A stretch of DNA of 62,898 bases, the filler included. It is 13 parts of 13 records of this genome, joined end to end, with 100 filler letters (N's around TTAATTAATTAA, not from the genome) between each part and the next. Parts side by side here need not be neighbours in the genome. Positions count along the whole stretch, not along the records: positions 36,259 to 41,242 come from SRR7504441_4618; positions 41,343 to 44,605 come from SRR7504441_4619; positions 44,706 to 49,412 come from SRR7504441_4620; positions 49,513 to 54,545 come from SRR7504441_4621; 9 more parts are not named here. One strand, 5' to 3'. This document shows positions 39,481-50,589 of this stretch, in pieces. Below the pieces are notes generated by a model. The model did no database searches, was not told where the DNA came from, and worked only from the letters and a program-made list of their open reading frames with translations. Numbering within the stretch: the stretch's first letter is position 1; each line of letters starts with the position of its first letter. The translations under genes were made by a program, and so were the position numbers.

Positions 39481-40224
39481 GTTGCGCCGCCGCCATCATC
39501 TGAGTCCAGAATTAACTGGAGCCCCGACAGTAGTGCGACAGGGTATGAACTGACCGATGCAGGCCCGGCCGCAGTCTGCCGCTCCGCGCTCCAATGGACT
39601 CCGGCAGACTCTGGCAGACTCCCGCTGCGACTTGCTCCAGCAGGTGCCCGCCGGCGCTCACATTCTATAGCCCGACGGCCGGTCTTCTCACTAACTTCTC
39701 ACAACTCTAAGATTAGGGGGCAAGATTGTTTGTATAATAGATCATTCGTGTTGTCCTGTTCAGCTGTTGTTATCATAGTTGTTGTCATACTTAGAGCCTC
39801 AACTGCTTCTCAAGATTAAGAGCCTCAATGCAAAGGCTCACTACACGTCAGACTCTAACGACTCTAATACCGCTGAGATGGTTATGAGATGGTGTATTGA
39901 CACTCTATTGACACTCAACAGACGATCCGGTAACGATTCGGTGCTCTCGAGCTTCAATTAGTACTACATGTACGTGTACGTGTACTGTACTGTATTACTG
40001 AATTAAAGCCGCACCTACTTGAATAAATTGACGCTCATCTGCGAAAAAAAACGCACCGGCTAAATCCAGCTGCAGCAGTGCAGAAATTCTAACACCTATG
40101 GCTATTTCGAATACCCAATTACTCTTTTGAGCACTCATTTCAAATACAAATAAATATTCATGTGAAACCCGGATTGTAGATCTTAGAGCATATACCAAGT
40201 ACCGGTAACAACTCTCATGGTCAT

Positions 40225-41242
40225 TTAGCTCTCATTCACTGCCTGACGCCGCACCTCCTCTACGGGCACTTTGGTGCGAGCAAATTTGATGAGCCCTTTG
40301 GGAGAGCCTCTCTTCGGATCGGCAGTCACGCAAGCCAAGTACATATCGCCGTTCTCTAGATCGACTCCGACCTCGTGTGGCGTCACACAAAGCTTAGTTG
40401 GGATCTGAATCGATTGGAGCACGCGGCAAGGACCAGGACCGTCTGCGGTAATCTGGGAGCCGTCCAAGACGTGCAAAAACTGATCCCGGCCTGTTTCAGG
40501 TGAGTCGGCAACTGCCAGAAAGATGAGATCGTCTCGAGGGAAGCTCGAGCGGACACCCCAGGCCTTGCCTGCATGTCCAAGCGAAGGGCAGGTCCACTCC
40601 CCAAGCACCTTCCCAGTCTCGGCCGAGAGAATTTGGGTGCGGTTCATCTCCCTGTCAGCAACGAACAAGCTGCGGGTTCGGGCGTGAAAGCAGAGCGAGT
40701 GTGGTGACGAGAAGTGAGGGTCAGGCAGAGAAGACGCCCCATTGCCTGCGATCCAGAGCACAGCATCCGGGTCATTGATGTGCTTCATCGCGTTCAGCGC
40801 AACCACCCGGTCGTTAGGGCCGCCATCTCCGTCGGCGACGTAGGCGATTCCCCGGGCGTCGTCGAAGTCCCCGTCGGCGACGCATCCGTACTGCAGGAAG
40901 GGTGACGTGTCAGAGCCCTGCTTCCCGGTGCCGCCGCGCATGACGAAGCGGCCCGTCCGGGAGGAGTGGACCAGGACTGAGCCAGCGAACATATCGTAGA
41001 TCCACAGGCGAGGAGTGGCACCCTTGGGGAACTCGAGGTTGATGCCGTGAGCGCCCCATGTCCCGTTGTTGTACATCACTGTGTCGTTGCCGAAGCTTCG
41101 AAGCAGATCGCCCTCCCCGCTGAAGACCAGGACCGGGCCGTTCGTGCTAGCCAGCAGGTTCTTGCCCCTCTGAGAGACGAACACCTCCTTCCCGGGAATG
41201 GTGTGGTCTACTGCCACGGCGGAGATCCCGAGCGACGCGGGC
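40225..41242 (-). CDS. NHL-repeat beta-propeller (NHLRC3/PAL-like), 5' truncated
   Basis: WGAHGI, YVADGDGGPNDRVV, FSSPHSL, LFVADREMNR, PHEVGVD. Confidence 0.85.
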
Positions 41243-41641
41243 NNNNNNNNNNNNNNNNNNNNNNNNNNNNNNNNNNNNNNNNNNNNTTAATTAATTAANN
41301 NNNNNNNNNNNNNNNNNNNNNNNNNNNNNNNNNNNNNNNNNNTTTGGGGGGGGGGGGGGGGGCGGCGGCGAGGCAGCGGGCGAGGGCGGGCGGTTGCCTG
41401 CCGCAGGCGGGGCATTGTACAATATTCATACGAGCGACGCAATGCGATCCGAGCAACGCTGGGGGCATCGAGCGTTGGAGTGGCGGTATGATGACAATAT
41501 AACATTCGACAAGAGATCGTAGCCAATAGTTAGAAGCACTCATTGCTTTATATGGACCAACTCGAGCTGACGATAGACGCACAACTAGCAAACATCGGGT
41601 TACTTTAGTAAACTTCATCGATCAGTGTTACTATTACGCAA

Positions 41642-42945
41642 TCACTTGCGGGTGCTTAGTTCGACTAATCGGTTGAACTCCTCCCAACCAAACCGCTCGC
41701 TCTCAGGGCTCACTAGATCCACCAGCACATAAACCTCCGACTGCACCTGCTCGGCTGGCCTCGGCCGGCCCGACTCGGCATACACCATCCTGAGCGCCCG
41801 GGCTGCCTCTGCCAGGCTCAGATCACGACCGGAGCGAGCCTTGTCAAAGACCCGGCGCAGCAGCTGCTCAGATAGCACCTGCCGGTCCTCCAGCGGCAGC
41901 ATCCCAGCAAGCTCCGGCCAGCGCTCCTCGAGCCCAGTCCGCCTGCCCGCGCTGAGCCAGGCCAGGCACACGCACCAGCGGTCTGTCATCCAGCGCCGCT
42001 TTGTCAGGCAAACACTCCAGACGTCCTGCAGATCACACGGGGCGGCCAGATTCTGGGTGACTGACAGCGTCAGCTCCAGATTGAGCACCGCGTGCCACCA
42101 GCCGGGCGGAACGTAGATGGTCTCGCCCGGCCGCTGGAGCACCTCGACAAGCCCCAGCTGCTCCCTCTCAGCTATCAGTCGCGGGAGCGCGCTGTGGTAC
42201 CACCCGGCGGCTCCATTTATCCGAGCATCGGCCTGGTGCTCGTCGGGCCTCAGCCGGGCTAGCTCAATGCTGGGTGGGAAGAGCAGCCAGTATTTGGACC
42301 CGGTGAGCACTGTGTTCCAAGCACAGCTGCTCAGAGGATCTACATGCAGATCCGACCCGGTCAACCGCGGCCCCAGGCACACCCATCGGTAAGGCGGCCG
42401 GGCGGTCCCCGCGCACTCGAAAAGGTCCTCGCGAAACACCTCGGGCACTGTATAGCCACTCGCAATCCGTACGTGCTGCGACACGTCTGCTGGGTCGCCC
42501 GGCTTGGCCAGTGCCCTGCGCGGATCCTTGACCGTCATCGCCTCGCCCAGGTGCTGGAACAGGTACAGCGGGTTATCGTCCCGGGCAGCCTGCTCGTCCA
42601 CGTACCGCATAAAGCTCGCGGCCCGCATACAGACCGGCTCCGACTGATCATCCGAGCCCACCCGGAACCAGCTCCCACCGAACAGCTCCGCCCAGCCCGC
42701 CGGGTCCCGCCAGCCGTCCGCCGCGCCCCAGTCCTCCGCCAGCCCGCGCAGCACCACCGGCCGCCGCGGCTTCATGAACTCGGCTACGAAGCGCTCCTGC
42801 GAGATGTGCCGGCCGTCCAGTCGCTCGAGCGTGTCGCCCACGGCCCCCGGCACCAGATGGGCCAGTTTTGCCTGCATCCCGGCCCGGCCCCAGTCCCGGA
42901 GCCCGGGCCGCACCCGGCTCCTGACAGCAGCCAGCTCCACGATCC
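41642..42945 (-). CDS. JmjC-domain oxygenase, JMJD6-like
   Basis: RPGLRDW, RPVVLRG, DDNPLYLF, RPPYRW..GSDLHVDP..AWN..GSKYW, QRPGETIYVPPGWWHAVLNL (HxD..H triad); start unresolved. Confidence 0.9.
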
Positions 42946-43045
42946 CGCCGGCCGCTCCTCGCACAAGCACCACTTCACCCGGCTGGATCGCCCCACGCAG
43001 CTTGAGCGCATAGTAGCTGGTCAAGTAGTTGCCCAGGAAGGCCGT
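42946..43045 (-). pseudogene. Isolated fragment of a zeta-crystallin/quinone oxidoreductase (MDR) gene
   Basis: AFLGNYLTSYYALKLRGAIQPGEVVLVRGAAGGI matches the MDR segment leading into the NADPH-binding motif; the rest of the gene is absent. Confidence 0.7.
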
Positions 43046-43227
43046 CTTCAGCCAGGAAGGCCCACGCTGAAGCCGGTGCAGCCAGGCCCGACCTGGGTGT
43101 ATTGACGCCGCGTCCAAGCTTAGACGTCTTAGCTCGGCCGCTTGGGTGTGTTGACGCCGCTGCCCCACCGCTGGCGCGGGAAAAATGTGCAACGTACAAA
43201 TCTACGAGTGTGACCGACAGTGGCGGG

Positions 43228-43688
43228 ATGCGGCGGACCGCCCGGGAACGCAAGCCAGCTAAGAAGTTCGAGGCGACTGAGCAGCTCCGGGCTTCTGGGC
43301 GCCGGCACCGGGCCAAGAACAAGCGTGAACTAATTCCGCGGGTGAACATGAACTACACAAACGCGCAGTTGTGTGAGCGACGAAACAAGCGCGAGTGTCG
43401 TCCGTGCTCCACCGGGCGCAAGCCCGATGTGCAAGCCCGCTCGGACTCGTACGAGGCTACAGTCGGTGCGCTGTTTGCTTGAGCAGCACTCATATCTGCG
43501 TTGTAGTCAATCGGACACAGATTGCCGAGCATCACGAGCTGCGGTCGAAGAGGCGGAAGGTCGAGCAGGAGCAGAAGGACGCAATGGCGGCGGACGAGAA
43601 CGGCATGCTCTACGCTGCCCCACCAGACGTCGAGCCGCTGGACGACGACGCCATCGACCCGGATTGGGAAGTTTCTGGCCTCGGGTGA
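43228..43688 (+). CDS. Small basic/acidic hypothetical protein, spliced
   Basis: MRRTARERKPAKKF.. and ..HELRSKRRKVEQEQ..DPDWE exons with short introns. Confidence 0.5.
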
Positions 43689-43775
43689 GCCCGCCCGCCC
43701 CATCCGGTTAATTAGGCCACGCATAAGATGCATCATTAAGCCAGGCCTGGACACACTCGCGGCGACGAAACATTC

Positions 43776-44605
43776 ATGGAGCTGTTCGACAACTACCCGC
43801 GGCCACCCGACCCCCGATCGACTACTATCTATGGCCATTCTACTGTTTATTGGATACAAGTCGCAGCGAAAGCCAGCCAAAGGCGCATCGAATCTCTGCG
43901 GGAAATTATCGAAAGCCTGCCCGCGCCCGGCGCCAGCCCCACAGACCCCCCCCGGTGCTGAGCGGCCACAGCCGCTGGCCCCAGCCCCGGTTTCTGACAG
44001 CTCTGTGCACCTGCCCCGAGCGCCAAGCAGACGACAAACACAAAGTTTGGCTGCACAGCTGCCCCAGATCGGCGATTTGGTCCCGGACCCGCGACCCCCA
44101 CCTGCCCCTGCCCACCGGCCAGCCGGCCGACACCGCTGAGCAGCCTCAAGCCTGACCCCGGGGCAGGCCGGGCACTGTTTTCAACCGCAAGCACTGCTAC
44201 CGGTACTTGAGCGTCTGCTACGGTGTGCCTTTGAGCTGGACCAACGCGGATTCCTGTACAACACCGCAGCTCATGGCCGCCCTGACCGACCCCGCCACAC
44301 CAATCGACCTGCGGGTCCTCACCGACTGCCGCTCCACCACGATCTACACCTGCGCCAAGCTCACCTGCGCCCGGCATCAGGCCATGCAGCGGGAGAGAGT
44401 GAACGGCGTACCCTGCTGCACCTCAAATGCGCCAAATGCCGCTGCCTGCCGCGCGCACTGCGCCCTGCACCCCGACCAGCTGATCGTCGGCTTCGGCCTC
44501 ACTGAGCAGTTCATGCCGTGCCGCTATGCCCACCAGACAGCGAGCGAGGTCTTCACCGACTCGGCCAACCTAGTCATCCACCTGGCCCACAGCCCGGTGC
44601 CGCCC
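43776..44605 (+). CDS. Hypothetical multi-exon gene, 3' truncated
   Basis: ATG at 43776, short intron-like segments, Cys-containing ORF running to the contig end. Confidence 0.35.
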
Positions 44606-44705
44606 NNNNNNNNNNNNNNNNNNNNNNNNNNNNNNNNNNNNNNNNNNNNTTAATTAATTAANNNNNNNNNNNNNNNNNNNNNNNNNNNNNNNNNNNNNNN
44701 NNNNN

Positions 44706-45250
44706 TCACGCTTTGATTCTGTGGGATCTGGAATTTGGGGTCGGGGCAATAGTGCTGTCCGGAGTCCTGCTTGTAGTCGAGTTGTGCGTTGTGTTTCTGG
44801 TTCACCGAGGGAGCACGTTCTTACGCCGGAGCTGGCTTATTAGCTCTTCCAGTGGCAAGAAGAGCTCGGGTATCAAGCTTAGCCGGAACCCGTTGCAGAC
44901 AGGCGACGGAGAGCTTATCATTGATAGTGTGGGCATTGAGATGAAGGAGGAGCCCCGGCTTGTGGAGGTCCAAAATGCTCCTGGAGTTTGGCCAATTCAT
45001 TCGAAGCACCTAGAGTTTGAGTGCGAGGTTTATCTGCCTCGATTGCAGTTGGCTTATTCAGAGGTGGGGACAGGCGTGTGGCATGATGTTTTCAACAATC
45101 GAGGAAGCCGAGAAACACGAAGCTGGGTGTGATAGTTCCAAAGCCAGCCTACACGACCAATCACTAGCCACTAAGATCGAGTCGAATCCCATCGCGGGAG
45201 ATGCATTCGACGTCGAATCCCCATTGCACAATGAAGACGGGGGCACCTAA
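44706..45250 (+). CDS. 3' end of a membrane protein with a C2H2-like zinc finger
   Basis: Hydrophobic helix, then spliced FECE|ACGMMFSTIEEAEKHEAGC. Confidence 0.6.
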
Positions 45251-45716
45251 CAGAGCAATCATACACGAGAGGTACACCATGAGTATATAAACCACAAAGC
45301 AGATCTAGAGATTATAACTGGTCACTTTAACGTCTAGACTGAAACTAACTGAAACAGACATGTAATTTCAACTGACTTGGGAGCCTGAGAGTAACTAAAT
45401 TTACTTATTGTTGCACACTAAAAGCATTGCACTACTGTAATGAGATTTCGATAGTCTACCATGAATTATTTTTCAGTGCTGCAGTCGTGTAGCAGTCGTG
45501 TAAGCAATTACATCGCCCGAGATAGGATGCGCCGCCCTGTGTAGGATGTTGCACGCATGCATGGTCGATCTGTACAATGTCATGTAGCCGATCCAACCGC
45601 CGGCAGGGCAAAAGCAAGTGTTCCATAACTGTTGTACGTATAATAGCAAGAAGCTTCTTATTCTATTAGGCGTGTATACCATAAGTTATTAATAAGCTAT
45701 CTGCTTTAAAATTGCT

Positions 45717-48398
45717 TTAGTCTAGCCCGTTCAAATCGGCGAAGCCACTCGGCTCCTCACGAGACTCGGGTTGCTCGGCTTCGCCCAGCTGGTCGTCATC
45801 TGAGTCCTCCTCCCCCGCCAGGTGCTTAGTCGCTTGCTCCTGCTCGATCTGTTCCCGTGCACCGCTGGTCACAAACTCCTCAACCTGCTCCTCTGCTGGA
45901 CTCGGCTCACTTGACGACTCTTTCACAGAGTCCTTGACAGGCTCCTCTGGAAGGCACACCGCCTGACTCTGCGTCCCTGGCCACCACTCCTGTCCGCATG
46001 TTCAGCCTGGGCCCATCTTGGGCGACATACCGTGGCCCACTCTGGCCTGCCGCCCTTGGCCAGCCCTGCCAGCCTCTTGCGAAGATCCGGGTCTGTGCAC
46101 TGAGCTGTCTGGGCCTGCGCTCAGCAGTCAGCCATCCGCATACATCAGCCGCACCCGGCAGAGATCGAGCAGCTCAGCTGCCTCCGGGGCAGGCACAGCC
46201 GGCTGCCGGGCTGCCTGTTCCAACACACGCACTGCCAGCTCGCCAGCCGCGCCTTCACGCACAATCGCCAGCATCAGCCGCCAGCTCCGACCACCAGGAG
46301 GCTTGCGTGCGAGCACAGCGGCACAATCGGCCGCCGAGGCCGCCACAGCCGGGGAGCTGCTGCCGGCAGCGCCTTCGAGCACGTCATGCAGCAGCTCCAG
46401 CTCTGGGGACTCGCCATCTGCCGCCCGGAGCACCTCGGTCAGCATCGCCCGGTGCCGCGCACTGAACGCGAACGAGAACCGACCATCGTTGAACGCCTCA
46501 GTGATCATGCCCAGAAGGGGGCCAGCATTGGCCGCCAGCAGATCCGGGTATGCAGCTGGGATCGGCAGCGGCACCGCGCGTGCATCTTCACTGTTGGCGG
46601 CGATCAGCCCACAGGCCGCTAACGCAAGATCCTGCTGCAGTAAGCCTTCAGCGCCAGTCTCGAGCACAGCCTCGAGTGCCTCAGACACGGCGGTCCGCAT
46701 GCCGTGGTCGGCGCTCTCAAGGGCCTGCTGCTGTACGAACAGCTTGAATGCGTCCGGGGCGTGCTGCTGGCACTCGCCCGATCGCTGGAGCATCCGGGCT
46801 AGCAGCTGTGTGCACGCAGCTGGGCAGTTGGCATACAACTGTGAGGTTGGCCCGATCACGCTGATCATCGGTTCGAGCTCGACGAACACGGCCAGGATCC
46901 CGGCAGCCTCGAGCAGCACGGCCGCCAGTTTGGCATCCTCAGGGTTGTGATGCAGAGCCGCAGCCCAAGCTTCGAGCAGCTTCGGAGCAAACTTTGTGCT
47001 GTGATCCTCGAGCAACACCAGAATGTTCCGGATGAGTGTGCCCGCCCGCAGCCTGACCGCCTCTGTGAAGAGTGTCTCCCTGAGCTCCCTGATGCAGGCA
47101 GGGAGCATCCGATACGCGTGCGACTTGACAAACACTCTCGTGCCCAGCCTGGGTCGGCCTGTGAAGGGCTCCGGCAGCTTGCCCTTGTGGAAGCTGTGCC
47201 ACTTCTGGGCCTCGCGACGGACCTGCCCGTACTCGATCGCCTCCTTAAAATCCAGCTGGTTGTCTTGCTCGTATCTCTCGCCCACCTGCGATCAGTCAGC
47301 ACGGTGCCAGCGCCAGGCACCAACCCGGTCGAGCATTTGCAGAGTCATCCGGCGGACTTCGAGCGCATTGTCCGAGAGCCCGGAGAGCAGGTACGGGGCC
47401 AGCTGGTGCTCGTGGTCCATTTTGTCCTCCACAACTGACAGCCAGTTGCCAAGCATCTCATAAAACCGCCTGCGGACTGCATTATTCCCATCGTGGATCA
47501 TCATCGCAAAGAAGTTCCTCTTGACTCGGTTCAGCTTATCCGGCTGCTTGCCCCGGTTCTCCGGGAGCGTCTCCGGGAAGATGTCGCCCCAAGTCTGTGG
47601 TTTAATCTGGTCTCCGCACACGGTCTGGATGTACTCAGCCGCCCCCCCAAGCTGCACGAGAGCGTCGAGCGCCTCAAGCCCCGCCAGCCGAACTTTAGCG
47701 TGCCGGTGAGCCAGCGCCGGCTGCACTCCGGCGGTGACAGCCTTGTGCTCCTCCTTCCAGACCGAGTAGTGCGCCACGGTCTTGGTTATGCTTGGGACCA
47801 TCGCTAGGCACGCGAGCTTCACCTCCGGATGAGGGTCCACCAACCCGGCCAACAACACAAACAGCACCTCCTGCCCGTGCACGGCCATCATCCCGGTCGG
47901 GTGCCCCTTGAGCCCGGCCAGCAGCAGCTGGGCCAGACTGAGCCGGGCTTCTTCGGACGGGTCCCATTTAAACTGCTCGGCCTTAACCAGCCGGTCGATA
48001 AGCACCGGCATCACGAACTGCATGTGCCCCAGCATCAACGCCGGGACCTCCCAGCACCGTGCCAGCCCGCCGGCCGCCGCGATCCGCACCGCCTCGGCGC
48101 TATCGTACAGCCGCTTGATCAGCGGCTTGACCGACCCCTCCATCAGCTCCTCCAGCCCCTCCCCGGCCGCAAGCCCGGCCCGGAGCGCCGCGCACACCCC
48201 GTTCACGCCGGCCAGCCGATCCCGCCTGGACGCCTCCTTGTCGCCCATGGTGTTGATCTGCCTCTGCAAATGGCCGGCCGTCGGCACTGCGGCGAGCTCC
48301 AGCTCCGGCTCCGGGGCGGCGGCGGGGCGGGCCGGCGGGGCGCGGGCGGGCGGGGGGCGAGTCGGTGGGGCGTGGGCCGGTTTGGCCTGGTCCTGCAT
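45717..48398 (-). CDS. DNAAF5: Dynein axonemal assembly factor 5 (HEATR2)-like HEAT-repeat protein
   Basis: LQRQIN, KPLIKRLYD, PSEEARL, DPHPEVK, HRHAKVR, PYLLSGLSD, LPEPFTGRPRLGTR; frame extends upstream of 48398. Confidence 0.8.
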
Positions 48399-48623
48399 CT
48401 CGGCCCATATGTCGTCGATCTTGTCGGGCGTCGTGGCGACGAGAAGAGCCTCCGGCCTGTCGTGCTACCCGATTGATTGTGCGTCTAAAAACAGAGTCCC
48501 CTGCTCTCTCTCAGCTCTGCCAGTCTGGACGTCTGGACATCGAGGCCAACGGGCCAACCATTGCAAACATTGTAGGCTCTATATTAGAATGTACGTATAT
48601 CTATCAATTATTCTAGGGGAGTG

Positions 48624-49412
48624 CTAGCTAGACTGCGGCACAAGCTGCTCCAGCCGCGCCTCGAGCACCTCGCGCACACCGTCGACCGCCAGCCCGCGCT
48701 TGGACAGCTCGGCCCGCAACTCCGACACCTTCATCTTCTTGATCGCCCGCGCCGTCAGGTCCTCCGAATCGTCCTCGCGCGGCCGCTTCCTCGCATCGGC
48801 CGGCTCCAGCCCCAGTGCAACATCCGTCACCTCGACTAAGAGCTGCGGTGCTGCCACTAGCTGGGAATAGCCGTCGCTCTTACGCACGGCGGCCATGTTC
48901 TGGCTAATGTACTGCAGCGCGTCCTCCTTAAGCTGGTCGGCCTTGTTGGTGTCCGCCAGTATGAGCCGGCTGACCGCATTCTCCACACTGAGCGTCTTGG
49001 CCAGCTGGAGCTCGGCCATCACTTGCAGCCGCCCGATCTGATACCGGCTGGCCGCTACCAGCAGATGGTCCGCCATGCCCTCCAGTGCGCCCTCGTCGCA
49101 GTCGTCCGTGTACACGAATCGGAGCAGCTGCTGGAGCACCTGCGGTTCCATCCCCTCAATGTCAACCACTCCGGAACTCGACTCGGTGCCGCCCGCACTC
49201 AGCACCCCTTCAAACACCGGGGACTGCGCCGCCAGTATGTTTCGATGCGCGCGCAGCTCGAGCCCCTGGCAACGCAGTGTGACGTCTGCAAACTTGCCGC
49301 CATCCAGCAGCGCTGACAGGTTGCGCGCCAGGCTCCCCGGGACCTCGGTCAGCTCGTTCACTCGGTGGGACACCGCGCCCGAGGTCTTGCTCAGCTCGGC
49401 CTCGAAGATCAC
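48624..49412 (-). CDS. SPOP-like BTB protein with C-terminal SAP motif, 5' truncated
   Basis: FADVTL..AHRNILAAQSPVF..LLRFVYT..LLVAASRY; then KMKVSELRAELSKRGLAVDG..LEARL. Confidence 0.88.
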   Translation of the reverse strand: MIFEAELSKTSGAVSHRVNELTEVPGSLARNLSALLDGGKFADVTLRCQGLELRAHRNILAAQSPVFEGVLSAGGTESSSGVVDIEGMEPQVLQQLLRFVYTDDCDEGALEGMADHLLVAASRYQIGRLQVMAELQLAKTLSVENAVSRLILADTNKADQLKEDALQYISQNMAAVRKSDGYSQLVAAPQLLVEVTDVALGLEPADARKRPREDDSEDLTARAIKKMKVSELRAELSKRGLAVDGVREVLEARLEQLVPQSS

Positions 49413-49512
49413 NNNNNNNNNNNNNNNNNNNNNNNNNNNNNNNNNNNNNNNNNNNNTTAATTAATTAANNNNNNNNNNNNNNNNNNNNNNNNNNNNNNNN
49501 NNNNNNNNNNNN

Positions 49513-50547
49513 TGCAACCGGCATCCGGCTTTGATCAACTGCAAAGTGTAGCCGCGATGGGTCGGTGCCGGCTTTAGCATATAGCCCGTCCAGATATTGC
49601 TTGTAAGCCGGCATGTACCTGTCCACGAAATCCTTCACCTGCTCTTCGGTCATCGCCGGCCGGCCCTCTGCGCGCATGGCCGCCTCGGCCTGCTCGCGCC
49701 ATTGGTAGATGACCTGCAGCTCCTGCAGCTCCACCACCACCACGGCATCGAGCCCTCCCCACACCGGGACCCACGGCCGCAGCTCCCGATTCACCGGCAC
49801 CAGCGCCGAGTCGTGCAGCTGGCTCTCGGGAACCGGCTCGAACCCCAGGCACCAGCCCTCGAACAGCACCAAGTCCACAGGCGCCGGCACAGTCGGCCAG
49901 TCAGCCCGGTCAGCCCGGTCGCCTCGGCCCTGACAGGCGCTCTTGTCATACCTCGGGACGGGCACACTGCCGGAGTGGGCGGTCTTGAGCTGGTGCAGCG
50001 TGTCGAGCGCCAGCGGGAGGTCGTGCGATCCGAAGTTGCCCCGATACTGGAGCAGCGGGTTGTCCGGGTGGGCGCTGGCCAGCCGGACCTGCGCGCTGTT
50101 GGTGAGATAGAAGTCGTCGATCGAGACCACCGCGCAGCTCACCGCCTCCAGCCCGAACAGCGCCTGCAGGTGGTTCACCAGCGTGGTCTTGCCCCCGCCC
50201 TGCGGACAGGACAGTCCGACCATCATCGCCCCCTCCGACTCCGTCCGCCGGCTGTGGAACTGCCGGCGGAGCCAAAAGAAGAGCGGCAGATAAAGCTGGT
50301 ATACCCGGTCCACCTCGTCTGGCCGCATCGGCCGGTCCGGTTCGTTGCCCCGCAGATCGGCCCACAGCCGTTCGCCGTGCCGCCGCCAGAGCTCCAGCTC
50401 GAGCGGGCCGTCGCCGACCGCCCGGCGGTACAGCGGGCCGGAGCGGACCCGCGTCTCCAGCCACGCGTCGCTCATCCCCGAGGATGAGTACCACCGCACA
50501 GCCCCGCCGCAACGCGACAGTCGCCCGACTCGCCCCAGCTGCAGCAT
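49513..50547 (-). CDS. GLYK: D-glycerate 3-kinase (plant/fungal GLYK-type)
   Basis: P-loop PQGGGKTT, SIDDFYL, RGNFGSHD, VPRYDKS..GRGDR, FEGWCLGF, FVDRYMPAY. Confidence 0.9.
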
Positions 50548-50589
50548 TCTTTTCCGGTTCGCCGGTGGGCGCCTCACTGGGCACTGGGC

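Noticed and set aside
41346-41362. Poly-G tract (and poly-C at 30-42) as a G-quadruplex or telomere
   Set aside because: Homopolymers at or near contig ends, likely assembly break points
41642-43192. A true 516-aa oxidoreductase-JmjC fusion protein
   Set aside because: Only about 33 aa of the oxidoreductase is present and the ORF start is not ATG; treated as a junction instead
43776-44605. Retrotransposon gag/ORF1
   Set aside because: No CCHC knuckle, RT or integrase motif; looks like an ordinary spliced gene
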